A stretch of DNA of 64,000 nucleotides from Thermoproteota archaeon. GTDB taxonomy: Archaea; Korarchaeota; Korarchaeia; Korarchaeales; Korarchaeaceae. Location: contig JAOZFN010000011.1 of the NCBI GenBank assembly GCA_027492205.1, forward strand, positions 64,001 to 128,000, read 5' to 3'. The notes under the pieces were generated by a model. The model was not told the origin of the DNA. It was given only the letters and a program-made list of their open reading frames with translations, and did no database searches. Within the stretch, counting starts at the first letter, position 1; each line of letters starts with the position of its first letter. Below are positions 1-9,815 of this stretch, piece by piece. The position numbers and the translations under genes were made by a program.

Positions 1-21
1 TCTGGATGGAATAAGTTCCTG

Positions 22-2583
22 GTGGTGTGGTGGAACGGGCTCGACCACCACGTGTACGGGAGGACGGTGGCCCCAGACGGTACGCTCGGGGCGATCATCG
101 ACATCACGGACACCGACTCCGGGACCTCCATGAGCTGGAGGGACGCCGATCAGATTCTCTGCGTTGGAGGGTCTGACAAGGCCCTCGTCATATACAGGTA
201 CCTGGACTCTTTGGGGGACTTCGGCGCGTACGCCAGGTTCGTCAGGTCTGACGGATCCGTCAGCTCCTACGTATCCGTGTACGACTACTACGCGTCGGAT
301 GAGATGTTGGGCGTGAGGGGGGACTACCTCTCAGGGTACTTCCTAGTCCCCTTCATCTCCGGGGGTAAGGTTGGGTACGCGGTCCTTGGCGAGTCAGGGG
401 AGAACAGGGAGTACTACACCAGCTATCCCTTCCTGGGAGACGGCAGACACCCTTACGCCATTTCGGCGGGAGATAGGTTCGTCCTAGCTTGGATCTCGGC
501 CTCCAACAACGGGGATGTGGTCGTGGGCAATGTGGATCCCGACACCTGGGGCATAAGCTCCATCACGGTCGAGTCCACTTCGGAGCGCGCGGAGCACCCG
601 ATCGTGGCCAGCGACCAGGCGGAGGGGAAGTACCTCTTGGTGTGGACGGGCGGACCCGCGCCAGGGGAGTACGACGTCAAGTACGCGGTTCTCAGTGCTC
701 AGGATCCAGATCAGGCGCCCTCAATCTCCTCGGGGCCCAACACGCTCGTCTCGGATCAGAGAGACCAGGTTGCCGACGCCCTGGGGCTAGTCGCCTCTGA
801 CAAGTTCGCGGTCCTCTTCAGGGACTGGAGGGACGGGGAGGTCGACCTTTCCGCATTCGTGTCTCTACCGTCTGCCGAGCCCGCTGGCTCGGTGGATCCC
901 TACTTCCTGCCAGCCCAGGGCGCCGAATACAAGGCGCGGCTCATCGACCTCATAGAATCTTCCTCCTTCGAGGTTTACGCTGCCGTGGCCTTCTTCCAAG
1001 ACCTGGAGGTCGCAGAGGCCCTCGCCGACGCCCACGACAGGGGCGTAGACGTCAGGGTGATCGTGGACGACTCTCCCAACAACACGGATGTCGTGAACCT
1101 CCTGACCGCCCGTGGGGTTCCGGTCATCGACGACTCCTCGCTGGGAGATCCCGACCACATCATGCACGACAAGTTCGTCGTGATCGACCGGGCCTGGCTT
1201 GTGGTGGCCACCACCAACTTGATCCCCGAGGACCTCACCACGAACAACAACACGGCCGTCCTGATCGAGGCCACCGCCCCGGCCTATCACTACAGGCGGG
1301 AGTTCCTCCAAATGTGGAACGGCGGCATCGGGAGGTTCGGCGTGGAGAAAGAGGACGACATGAGCTTCATCTCCCTCCTCAGCCTGGGGGGGAGGACCCT
1401 GCGGGTCGAGGGGTACTTCAACCCGACCGACTACGGCTACAGGACCAAGATCCCGGACCACATATCTTGGTACGTCAACAGGTCATCGGACCGCATCTAC
1501 TTCGCCTCCTACATATTCACCACCAGCTGGACGGTTGACCCCGTAGCCGACGCCCTCGAATCCAGGTTCGCGGCGGGGGTCCAGGTGAGGGGCGTCATGG
1601 ACGAGACGATGAACCTGAACACCCCGGGTAGGAGGTGCTACGAACTCATGGGCGCCGGGATACCGGTAGCCTATCCCCACATCTACCCCCACTACATGCA
1701 CGACAAGGTATTCTCCGTGGACGGCACCGTGGCCATCCTGGGGAGCTACAACCCCACGGGCTCGGCGACGCTCGTTCACGACGAGAACCTCCTGGTCCTG
1801 GTCGATCCGGACCCCTCCGGGATCGCGGCCGGCGTGGAGGGCCACGTCTCGGCCATGTTCGACCAGTGGTTCAGCCCCGACTACTCCTGGAGGTCTGCCC
1901 ACCTGACGATAAACAGGGTCGCGTTCAGGCCCGACGCGTCTGGCCAGCCGAACCTGGAGTGGGTCACCCTGTACAACCCCACCGGCAGGCCCGTGGCGCT
2001 CGGAAGACTGGGCCTTGGCGATATCGACGACCTCTTCAGCGACGCCGACGACGGCCTCTACCAGTTCCCGCCGGGCTACTCCGCGCCGGGCGGGGGGTAC
2101 GTCGTGGTCGCCTATCGGGCCTCCGACTTCGAGTCCGTTTACGGCTTTGCCCCGGACTTCGAGATCGTAGACACCGATCCCACGGTCCCGGACATGATAA
2201 AGATTCGGCCGGGGGACTTCTCGGGTTCCTGGGACCTCTCTGACGCTGGAGACGAGGTTGTACTGGTGGAGATCTCCGACGACTTCATCAAGGTGATCGA
2301 CGCGGCCTGGTACGGGTCCAGCGCATACCTCCCGTCTCCCCCGTCACCCCTGGACATCACGGGGATCCAGTTCGGCGGGTTCAGGGAGAGGGTGGACGGG
2401 GTCTACGACGTGGACCCCAACGAGAGGTATTCGCTGGCGAGCTTCCCGGACGTATCTCAGTTTGACCCCAAGCCCATGCCCGTCGGTGGTCGAATCGCGG
2501 CCGCCTGGACCCCCGCCAGGGTGATCACGCTAGTCGGCGCGGCCGCCGCGGCCTGGTTCCTGGCGAGGTCCAGGAGGGGGTGA
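22..2583 (+). CDS. Surface-anchored phospholipase D-family (dual HKD) protein with lamin-tail-like domain; 5' end probably outside the window
   Basis: Two HxKxxxxD motifs (HDKFVVID, HDKVFSVD); LTD-like segment (INRVAF...EWVTLYNPT...DLSDAGDEVVL); C-terminal hydrophobic helix plus basic tail; frame is open from position 1. Confidence 0.8.
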   Translation: MVWWNGLDHHVYGRTVAPDGTLGAIIDITDTDSGTSMSWRDADQILCVGGSDKALVIYRYLDSLGDFGAYARFVRSDGSVSSYVSVYDYYASDEMLGVRGDYLSGYFLVPFISGGKVGYAVLGESGENREYYTSYPFLGDGRHPYAISAGDRFVLAWISASNNGDVVVGNVDPDTWGISSITVESTSERAEHPIVASDQAEGKYLLVWTGGPAPGEYDVKYAVLSAQDPDQAPSISSGPNTLVSDQRDQVADALGLVASDKFAVLFRDWRDGEVDLSAFVSLPSAEPAGSVDPYFLPAQGAEYKARLIDLIESSSFEVYAAVAFFQDLEVAEALADAHDRGVDVRVIVDDSPNNTDVVNLLTARGVPVIDDSSLGDPDHIMHDKFVVIDRAWLVVATTNLIPEDLTTNNNTAVLIEATAPAYHYRREFLQMWNGGIGRFGVEKEDDMSFISLLSLGGRTLRVEGYFNPTDYGYRTKIPDHISWYVNRSSDRIYFASYIFTTSWTVDPVADALESRFAAGVQVRGVMDETMNLNTPGRRCYELMGAGIPVAYPHIYPHYMHDKVFSVDGTVAILGSYNPTGSATLVHDENLLVLVDPDPSGIAAGVEGHVSAMFDQWFSPDYSWRSAHLTINRVAFRPDASGQPNLEWVTLYNPTGRPVALGRLGLGDIDDLFSDADDGLYQFPPGYSAPGGGYVVVAYRASDFESVYGFAPDFEIVDTDPTVPDMIKIRPGDFSGSWDLSDAGDEVVLVEISDDFIKVIDAAWYGSSAYLPSPPSPLDITGIQFGGFRERVDGVYDVDPNERYSLASFPDVSQFDPKPMPVGGRIAAAWTPARVITLVGAAAAAWFLARSRRG

Positions 2584-2601
2584 GGCTCGAGCCTCACCCC
2601 C
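2576..2601. terminator. Perfect 26-bp palindrome spanning the PLD stop codon, possible terminator or processing hairpin
   Basis: GGGGGTGAGGCTC|GAGCCTCACCCCC, followed by a T-run near 2608-2613. Confidence 0.45.
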
Positions 2602-2647
2602 CATCAACTTTTTGTCAACGGGTTGCTCGAGGGGTCGGTGACGGAGT

Positions 2648-3067
2648 ATGGCGACTTGGCTCTTCTACGCCCTGCTCTCGGCGATCTTCGCCGGCCTGGT
2701 TGGAGTGGTGGGTAAGATAGGCGTCGAGGAGGTCGATCCGATAACCGCCACGGCGATTAGGGCCGTCATAATGGCCATACTCTCGGCGCTTTTCGCGGCG
2801 GCGATCGGGAGGACCGACCTGAGCAAGGTGGACGCCAGGGCCTTGGGATTCATAGCCCTGGCTGGCCTCTTCGGAGCCTCCTCCTGGATGGCCTACTTCA
2901 AGGCCCTCAGCGTGGGCGAGGCGTCGAGGGTCATCCCCATCGACAGGACCAGCGTCGTCTTCGGGGTCGTGCTCGCGGCCCTCGTGCTCGGAGAGAGGCT
3001 GACGCTGCCGAAGGTGGTCGGGAGCCTCTTGATAGTGGTGGGCGCTATCATCGTCTCCATGTTCTGA
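2648..3067 (+). CDS. EamA/DMT family small membrane transporter
   Basis: 139 aa with about 5 TM helices; YFKAL...ASRVIPIDRTSVV...LGERLT pattern. Confidence 0.85.
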   Translation: MATWLFYALLSAIFAGLVGVVGKIGVEEVDPITATAIRAVIMAILSALFAAAIGRTDLSKVDARALGFIALAGLFGASSWMAYFKALSVGEASRVIPIDRTSVVFGVVLAALVLGERLTLPKVVGSLLIVVGAIIVSMF

Positions 3068-3088
3068 GGGCTGAGAAGAGGACCCAAC

Positions 3089-3367
3089 TTGACCCGACGC
3101 AGGCGAGCCGGGGCCAGGAAGGGAAAGGCCGAGATAAGGGAGATACTGAGCGCCATGCTGTGGAAGCCGGGTGAGAGGCCCGAGGAGTACGAGATAGTGT
3201 ACATCTCCAGGGGGACGGAGACCGGCCTGGGGTCTGTCAGGGGGAGCGACCTCCTGAAGGTGAGGTCGGACAGGATGGTGCTCCCGGACGGGACGGTCAT
3301 TCCCCTCCACAGGGTGGTCCAGGTGAGGGTGAGGGGGAGGGTGGTCTGGGAGCGCGGGGTCGGGTGA
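3089..3367 (+). CDS. DUF504/MJ1316-type RNA-repair-associated domain protein
   Basis: IREILSAMLW...IVYISRG...IPLHRV...VVWER pattern. Confidence 0.75.
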   Translation: MTRRRRAGARKGKAEIREILSAMLWKPGERPEEYEIVYISRGTETGLGSVRGSDLLKVRSDRMVLPDGTVIPLHRVVQVRVRGRVVWERGVG

Positions 3368-3403
3368 CGCCGCCCTCCGCGGATCTGGGACCGCCCGGCG
3401 AAG

Positions 3404-4588
3404 TTACAGGAGCTTGAGGGCCTCCTCCGCCAGCTTCTCGCCAAGCTCGCGCGCAGCCCTGAGGTCCTCGTCCCCCGGCGTCCCCCTGACGGCCAGCTCC
3501 CCGACTATCGGCAGCTTCAGCCCCTCTACCACCTCCCTGACGACCCTGAGCGCCCCGCCGCCCCACCCGTAGGAGCCCAGGAGCGCCACTACCTTGTTCT
3601 TGGGCTTGTACTCCGAGAGCAGGTCGAGGTAGAAGGTCACCCCAAGGAAGGGCCTGGCGTTGTGGGTGCTCGACGCTATGACCAGCGCGGCCGACTCCAG
3701 CGTCTCCGAAAGGAGGTCGTCGTAGTCGGCCTCCGCCGTGTCCATGGCCACGACCTCGAACCCCTTGCCCCTCAGACCCTCTGCCGCGGCCTCCGCGAGC
3801 CTCTGCGTGCGCTCGTACTGGCTGCCAAGCACTATCAGGGCCCTCTTGAGGGGGGTCCAGGACGTCCATCTCTCGTAGGTCTTCAGGACGGACTCGACGT
3901 CCCTGTGGAGGGCCCCGTGTCCCGGCGCTATGAGCCTCGGAGAGATCTCCCTGACCTTGGCCACCGCCTTGGCCACCATGGCCGAGTAGACCATCAGGAT
4001 GGAGGAGTAGTAGTCCCTCAGCTCGAAGCCACCCGGGTCCTCGTCGTGGTAGACGGCCGCGCTGGCCCCGTGCGAGCCGAAGAGGTCGCACGTGAAGAGG
4101 ACCCCCTCCTCCTCAAGCAGCGTCATCATGGTGTCTGGCCAGTGCACGAAGGGGGCCGAGACGAACCTGAGGGTCCTGTCCCCGAGGCTGATCGCCTCCC
4201 CGTCCGCCACGGGCTTAGACCTGTCGGCCGGGTAGCTGGAGAGGGAGGTCCCTATCTGAATCGCCTGCCTCGTGCCCACCAGCCTCGCCTTGGGGGCCCT
4301 CCTCAAGACCTCGGCGAGGGTGCCCGAGTGGTCGGGCTCCGTGTGCTGAGAGACGACCAGGGTGATCTCTGAGGGATCCACAACCGTCTCGAGCGCCTCC
4401 CAGAACGCGTCCGAGACCCGCTCATCGGCGCCGTCTATGAGAGCAACTCCCTCAGACCCCTTGACCACGTAGAAGTTATAGGACGTTCCCTTTGGGATGG
4501 GCCAGAAGTTCTCGAACCTCTTGAACGTGGTGTTGAGAACCCTGACGAGGGTGACCCCCGGGGCGACCTCGGCCTTGATCCAGCCCAA
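3404..4588 (-). CDS. fprA: A-type flavoprotein (flavodiiron protein, O2/NO reductase)
   Basis: GTSYN, HTEPDHSG, HWPD, CDLFG and PGHG motifs; C-terminal flavodoxin domain with GSYGWGG. Confidence 0.93.
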   Translation of the reverse strand: MGWIKAEVAPGVTLVRVLNTTFKRFENFWPIPKGTSYNFYVVKGSEGVALIDGADERVSDAFWEALETVVDPSEITLVVSQHTEPDHSGTLAEVLRRAPKARLVGTRQAIQIGTSLSSYPADRSKPVADGEAISLGDRTLRFVSAPFVHWPDTMMTLLEEEGVLFTCDLFGSHGASAAVYHDEDPGGFELRDYYSSILMVYSAMVAKAVAKVREISPRLIAPGHGALHRDVESVLKTYERWTSWTPLKRALIVLGSQYERTQRLAEAAAEGLRGKGFEVVAMDTAEADYDDLLSETLESAALVIASSTHNARPFLGVTFYLDLLSEYKPKNKVVALLGSYGWGGGALRVVREVVEGLKLPIVGELAVRGTPGDEDLRAARELGEKLAEEALKLL

Positions 4589-4638
4589 GCTTCCACCGGG
4601 CGTCGGAGGCCGACAAACCTGAAAAAATTTACACGCTG

Positions 4639-5337
4639 TTGTGGGGGACGTTGAGGATAGAGGGTCGGCTCGGGTTCGGGCGGTTCAGGTCGAGGCCGAA
4701 CAGGTTTACCGTGGTGCTCGAGACGTCGACGGGGACGAGGAGGTGCCACCTGAGGGATCCGGGCAGGCTGACCGAGATCCTGGTTACGGGGGCCAGGACC
4801 ATATTCTTGGAGAGGGGCGCCCCAGGGAGGAAGACGGACTGCGAGGTGCTCGCCGTGTGGTCGGGGGGCTGGTGGACCGTCGTGAACTCGGGCCTTCACA
4901 CGGAACTGGCCTCGGAGCTGATACTCTCGGGGGTGGTCCCGGAGCTCCCGGCCGACGCCCCCATCAGGAGGGAGGTCAGGTTTGGCGACAGCAGGGTCGA
5001 CCTCATGCTCGGCACCTCCCCGCCCACGCTTGTGGAGGTCAAGGGGTGCACGCTGGTGGTTGATGGGGTGGCCCTGTTCCCGGACGCGCCCACCGAGAGG
5101 GGCACCAGGCACGTCCTGAACCTCATCAGGGCCGTCCGCTCAGGAATGAGGGCCGCGGTGCTGTTCCTGGTGATGCGGCCCGACGCCGAGAGGCTGGAGC
5201 CGAACGAGGAGACCGACCCGAAGTTCGCGGGGGCCCTCAGGGCGGCCCGCCGGAGGGGGGTCGCGCTGCTCGCCCACAAGTTCAGGCTCAGGGGGAGGGT
5301 CATCGAGCCGGCGGGCAGCATACCCGTGGTGGCGTAG
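4639..5337 (+). CDS. sfsA: SfsA family nuclease/DNA-binding protein
   Basis: RPNRF, DPGRL, SRVD, EVKGCTL and FPDAPTERG motifs. Confidence 0.92.
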   Translation: MWGTLRIEGRLGFGRFRSRPNRFTVVLETSTGTRRCHLRDPGRLTEILVTGARTIFLERGAPGRKTDCEVLAVWSGGWWTVVNSGLHTELASELILSGVVPELPADAPIRREVRFGDSRVDLMLGTSPPTLVEVKGCTLVVDGVALFPDAPTERGTRHVLNLIRAVRSGMRAAVLFLVMRPDAERLEPNEETDPKFAGALRAARRRGVALLAHKFRLRGRVIEPAGSIPVVA

Positions 5338-5382
5338 CCCGCGGGGGGAGCCCTTATTAACCCCAGACGGGGGCCGCGCGGG

Positions 5383-5733
5383 ATGCGTGACTTGAAGGAG
5401 GCATTTGAGGAGGCCGTGAGGGGGTTCAACGAGTTCCGCAGTCCGGAGGCCGTGGCAGAGCTGATCCACGTTGAGGGAGACGTCGCGGTCGTCAGGATGA
5501 GGGGCCCCTTCTGCGCCTCCTGCGGCCTCTACGACTACTTCGAGGACCTCGCCTGGAGGGTCCGAGATCAGCTGGGCGACGAGGTCGTCGTCGAGGCCGT
5601 TGAAAGGGTGGGGCAGGATGAGTACCTGGCCCTCTACAGGGTGGGGGAGAGGGCGAAGGCCCTCAGGGAGCCCGAGGGGCTGACGGCCCACTTCGGACCG
5701 GGGAGGGTTGAGGACCAGCCCCGGAGGCGATAG
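5383..5733 (+). CDS. Conserved archaeal protein with a NifU-C-like GxxCxxC motif
   Basis: VVRMRGPFCASCGLYDYFED; upstream TATA-like CTTATTAA. Confidence 0.55.
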   Translation: MRDLKEAFEEAVRGFNEFRSPEAVAELIHVEGDVAVVRMRGPFCASCGLYDYFEDLAWRVRDQLGDEVVVEAVERVGQDEYLALYRVGERAKALREPEGLTAHFGPGRVEDQPRRR

Positions 5734-5747
5734 GCCCGGGAACGGGT

Positions 5748-5788
5748 TGGTTTGTAATTCTAACCGGATTAATTTAAATTAGAAACCA
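5748..5788 (+). promoter_or_regulatory. cydA promoter: TATA box flanked by a 12-bp inverted repeat
   Basis: TGGTTTGTAATT (5748-5759) and AATTAGAAACCA (5777-5788) are 11/12 complementary around TTTAAA (5773-5778). Confidence 0.55.
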
Positions 5789-5813
5789 GAGAGGCACGCG
5801 AACAGAGGTTGCC

Positions 5814-7433
5814 ATGCCGGGCCTCGTCGATCTGATCCTGGAGTGGCTCAGGGGATACCCGGCCGGGTACGAGCGCCTCCTGTCCATGATAGGCATAGAG
5901 GTCCACTGGGCCATACTGCAGTACGTCCTCGGCCTGCCGCTCCTGGCGGTCCTGGCCGAGGCCATTTGGCTGCGGACGGGGAACGAGCACTGGAAGAGGC
6001 TGTCCAGGAACTTGGCCAAGGGCTTCGCGGTGGTCTTCGCGGTTGGCGCCGCCTCCGGCACGGCGTCGGAGTTCGGGCTCATACTGCTATGGCCCAACCT
6101 CACCGAGGCGGCCGGCAGGTACATCTACTTCCCGCTCTACCTAGAGATCTTCGCCTTCATCACGGAGGTCGTCTTCATCTACCTCTACTTCTACGCCGAC
6201 GGCAGGGTCTCCCGCAAGGCGCACCTGCTCATCGGGGTGCTCGCCCTGGCCGGCGCCTGGTTCTCCGGGGCCATGATCTTGAGCGTCAACTCCTTCATGC
6301 AGTCTCCGGCAAACGTCTTGGCTAACTACGACCCGACGACGGGATCCTGGGCGCCGCCGGAGGTGCTCCTCTTCGTCCCCACTCAGGTGGCCCAGGCCAT
6401 CGACGCCCAGAAGCTCGCGTCGGTCGGGGGGAAGATCCTGGAGAGCGGTGCCGACTACGTCTTGGTCTCGCTGCCGGCCGGGCTGGTCAGGGCGCTGATG
6501 GGCCAGGCCTTCGCCGGCTACACCGTCGGCGAGAGCCTGCTCGCGGCGGTCGCGAGACCCGAGGCGGCCCAGGCGCTCGCGTCGGTCCCGCTCAAGAGCG
6601 TCCTCGACTCGATAGTGGCCAACACCGTCAGGCACGCCGGCGTGTACACGATCACCTTCAAGTCCGGGACGTACGTGGCCACCTTCGTGCACTCCATAGG
6701 CGCCGCGGTGACCGTCTCGGCCTTCACGGTCATGGGCGCCTACGCGCTGAGGCTCCTCAGGACTCCCAAGGACGATCCGGACAGGGAGTACTTCAGAGGG
6801 GCATTCAAGTTCGCCGCCGTGGTGGCCCTGGTGGCCGTGGCCATCCAGGGGACCGGTTCCGGCCACGCGATGGGGGCCGCCGTCGCCGAGTTCAATCCCG
6901 AGAAGTTCGCCGCCATGGAGGGGACCAGCGAGCAGATAACGAGCCTGCCGGCCTTGATCCACGCCGAAGGGCTGGTCCACGGGAAGCTCATGCCGCTTCT
7001 GGCTTACGGGAGCACGGGCGCAGTTATCCCGTCCTACGACCTCATCCAGTCCGACTTCAGGCCTCCCCTGGTCGTGCACTACCTCTACTACACCAAGATC
7101 GGGCTGGGGGTCCTCCTCGGACTCGTGGCCCTCCTCGCGGTCGCATACCTCAGGAGGTCCGCCGAACCGCCGGGCTGGGCCCTCAACCTCTCCGCCGCCT
7201 CGCCGGTCCTGGCGCAGGTGGTTAGCTTCCTCGGGTGGGCGGTCAGGGAGATAGGGAGGAAGCCCTGGGCCATCTACGGGATCATGGACGTCCAGACCGA
7301 GCTCACCGTGAACCCGCCGCCGACGTGGCAGCTGATGCTAGTCGCCGCCTACCTAGCCGCCCTGCTGGCGCTCCTGTTCGCCGTGGTCTACGTCTACCTC
7401 TGGAAGAGGGAGGAGAGTGGGGAGGTGAGCTGA
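5814..7433 (+). CDS. cydA: Cytochrome bd-type quinol oxidase subunit I (CydA of CydAA' type)
   Basis: FAVGAASGT..EF, NSFMQSP, PEKFAAMEG and GWAVREIGRKPW motifs. Confidence 0.9.
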   Translation: MPGLVDLILEWLRGYPAGYERLLSMIGIEVHWAILQYVLGLPLLAVLAEAIWLRTGNEHWKRLSRNLAKGFAVVFAVGAASGTASEFGLILLWPNLTEAAGRYIYFPLYLEIFAFITEVVFIYLYFYADGRVSRKAHLLIGVLALAGAWFSGAMILSVNSFMQSPANVLANYDPTTGSWAPPEVLLFVPTQVAQAIDAQKLASVGGKILESGADYVLVSLPAGLVRALMGQAFAGYTVGESLLAAVARPEAAQALASVPLKSVLDSIVANTVRHAGVYTITFKSGTYVATFVHSIGAAVTVSAFTVMGAYALRLLRTPKDDPDREYFRGAFKFAAVVALVAVAIQGTGSGHAMGAAVAEFNPEKFAAMEGTSEQITSLPALIHAEGLVHGKLMPLLAYGSTGAVIPSYDLIQSDFRPPLVVHYLYYTKIGLGVLLGLVALLAVAYLRRSAEPPGWALNLSAASPVLAQVVSFLGWAVREIGRKPWAIYGIMDVQTELTVNPPPTWQLMLVAAYLAALLALLFAVVYVYLWKREESGEVS

Positions 7434-7436
7434 CGC

Positions 7437-8708
7437 ATGCCCGAGCCCGTTCCCATCGTGTTCATCCTATCCCTGGCCTTCGGCCTCCACATCGCCCTCG
7501 TAAACCTGGACATAGGGCTTGCGACGCTCATCCCGATCATGAAGAGGGTCGGGGAGCGCAGGGAGGACGAGTTCCTGGTCAGGAGGGCCAAGAACCTCAT
7601 GAGATACTACGCCATGACGTACGCCGTCGCCGGGGTCTTCGGCACGGCCTTCACCGTCGCCCTGCTCGCCTTCTACCCCGCCTTCATAGGGCTGGCCGGG
7701 CACCTCACCTGGGTGCCCTTCGGCCTCGCAATCCTCCTCATAGCCCTCAGGTTCCTCTCAGTGGCCGGCTACTGGTACCTCTGGGATCGCGTCTCCAGCG
7801 GCATCCACCTGCTCATTGGGGCCGTGATGGCCGCCACCGGCATCCTGATCCCCCTCGGCTTCAGGGCGGTCTTCGCGTTTCTTAACGCCCCGTTCGGCCT
7901 CAGGCTCCAGCCAAAGCCCCACCTAATACTGGGCGAGGCGCTATCGAACCCGACCCTGATGCCGCTCTACCTGAAGAGCGTGTTCGGCGCCCTGTCCACG
8001 GGCCTGTTCGTCGTCGCGTCGGCATACGCCTGGAGGTACCTCCGGACGGAGGGTGAGCTGAGGGAGAGGTACGCCGGTCTGGTGAAGGCTCTGCTGCCGT
8101 ACGGCACGCTCTCCCTGTTCTTGATGCTGGTCTTCGGCTTCTGGTACACGCTAAGCCTACTCTCCGTCTCGCAGTACAAGTTCGTCAACATCTTCGGCAG
8201 GTTCTTGGGCGCGGACCCGACCAAGGACTTCTCGTGGCTCTTCCTGGTGAAGATGGCGCTGGTGGCCGTTCAGTTCGGCGTCGTCCTCTACGTCCTCGAC
8301 AGGCTCCTCAAGGGCTTAGAGCTCGACGACGAGCCCATGCGGTGGATAAAGACGCTGGGGCCGGCCGCCCTGGGCACGGTGATCACGGGAGAGCTGCTCA
8401 ACATGTACAGCCAGCTTCCGTACTTCGTGGCCAGGCCCGACCTCTTCAACATGCTGCCGTCCTGGGTCGTCAGCGCCCTCTCCGTCGATACGGTGAACCC
8501 CCTGGCCAACCTGCCTGGCGTCTACATCATCACGGGCGCGGCGCTGACCCCGCTCCTCGCGGCCGTTGCCGCGCTGATCTACGTCGCGACCAAGGGGGAG
8601 CCCGAGGCTCTCGAAGGGGCAAGTCGGCAGCGGGAAGACATGGCAGCGGGAGGCAGAGAGGGGCAGCCTGAAGTGAGCGGGATGGGCGGCGACGGAGGGT
8701 CCGGGTGA
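7437..8708 (+). CDS. CydA' (CydA-homologous second subunit in place of CydB)
   Basis: CydA-like N-terminus (LHIALVNL..GL; YAVAGVFGT) and GELLN..SQLPY resembling E.GRQPW; starts 3 bp after the cydA stop. Confidence 0.75.
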   Translation: MPEPVPIVFILSLAFGLHIALVNLDIGLATLIPIMKRVGERREDEFLVRRAKNLMRYYAMTYAVAGVFGTAFTVALLAFYPAFIGLAGHLTWVPFGLAILLIALRFLSVAGYWYLWDRVSSGIHLLIGAVMAATGILIPLGFRAVFAFLNAPFGLRLQPKPHLILGEALSNPTLMPLYLKSVFGALSTGLFVVASAYAWRYLRTEGELRERYAGLVKALLPYGTLSLFLMLVFGFWYTLSLLSVSQYKFVNIFGRFLGADPTKDFSWLFLVKMALVAVQFGVVLYVLDRLLKGLELDDEPMRWIKTLGPAALGTVITGELLNMYSQLPYFVARPDLFNMLPSWVVSALSVDTVNPLANLPGVYIITGAALTPLLAAVAALIYVATKGEPEALEGASRQREDMAAGGREGQPEVSGMGGDGGSG

Positions 8709-8865
8709 GTCCTCGAGGTTCTCTTTTAGGCCCCCCTAATTTTTCCATTTTTATTGCCTCTGATTAGTTACCTCTTTGTATCTTTGGGAACTCTGAACAA
8801 CCCGAGATTAATCATTCAGTTTGGGTAAAGGTCGGGTCGTTCAAGTTTGGATAGCGAAGGTAAGG

Positions 8866-8891
8866 CTTATAATATCACAACCAAGTTGGTT
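8866..8891 (+). promoter_or_regulatory. prx promoter: TATA box followed by a perfect palindrome
   Basis: CTTATAAT, then AACCAA-G-TTGGTT (8879-8891); GGTGG RBS before ATG 8905. Confidence 0.55.
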
Positions 8892-8904
8892 AGCAGGTGG
8901 TATC

Positions 8905-9564
8905 ATGGAGGGAAGGATTCCGCTGCTGGGCGAGAAGTTCCCAACCCTCGAGGTCCAGACGACTCACGGCAAGATAAAGCTCCCCGACCAATTCGCCGGC
9001 AAGTGGTTCGTGCTGTTCAGCCATCCAGCCGACTTCACGCCCGTCTGTACCACCGAGTTCGTCGCCTTCCAGAAGAGGTACGAGAAGTTCAAGGAGCTCA
9101 ACGCCGAGCTCATCGGCCTGAGCATCGACCAGGTGTTCAGCCACATCAAGTGGGTCGAGTGGATTAAGGAGAAGCTCGGCGTGGAGATCAAGTTCCCGAT
9201 AATAGCCGACGACCTGGGCAAGGTCGCCAGCGCGCTGGGGCTCATTCACCCGAACAAGGGCACCAACACCGTGAGGGCCGTCTTCATAGTCGACCCGAAT
9301 GGCATCATCAGGGCCATCCTCTACTACCCGCAGGAGCTCGGGAGGAACGTCGACGAGATACTGAGGATGATCAAGGGCTTCCAGGTGGCCGACAAGCACG
9401 GCGTGGCCATCCCGCACAACTGGCCCGAGAACGAGCTGGTCGGCGACCACGTGATTGTCCCACCGGCCTCTGACGAGGAGACCGCCAAGGAGAGGCTAGA
9501 GAAGGCCAAGGCTGGAGAGATCGAGTGCTTCGACTGGTGGTTCTGCCACAAGAAGGTCGAGTGA
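8905..9564 (+). CDS. Peroxiredoxin (Prx6/archaeal TPx type)
   Basis: [12 protein letters not shown] and C-terminal CFDWWFC; start reassigned to ATG 8905 after the RBS. Confidence 0.95.
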   Translation: MEGRIPLLGEKFPTLEVQTTHGKIKLPDQFAGKWFVLFSHPADFTPVCTTEFVAFQKRYEKFKELNAELIGLSIDQVFSHIKWVEWIKEKLGVEIKFPIIADDLGKVASALGLIHPNKGTNTVRAVFIVDPNGIIRAILYYPQELGRNVDEILRMIKGFQVADKHGVAIPHNWPENELVGDHVIVPPASDEETAKERLEKAKAGEIECFDWWFCHKKVE

Positions 9565-9815
9565 GCCGCCCGAACCTCTCCACCTTTTTCTCTTATAACC
9601 GACTCTCGTACTCGGGCTCTTCCCCGTCGAACGTCGGATTCGGGCCCCGGCCCGCGCCGATTTAAAATCTGAACCCCTCGGCGCGCTGCCATGGTTAAAT
9701 TGTTTCCTCGCGAGCATCAGGCCGCACCCCCCCCGACCCAGAGTCGCCTTCACTACTCGTGTAGGGGGCTCGTTTTGGGTTTCGGCAGGGCGCGCCAGGG
9801 GAAAGTGATGCCCGC

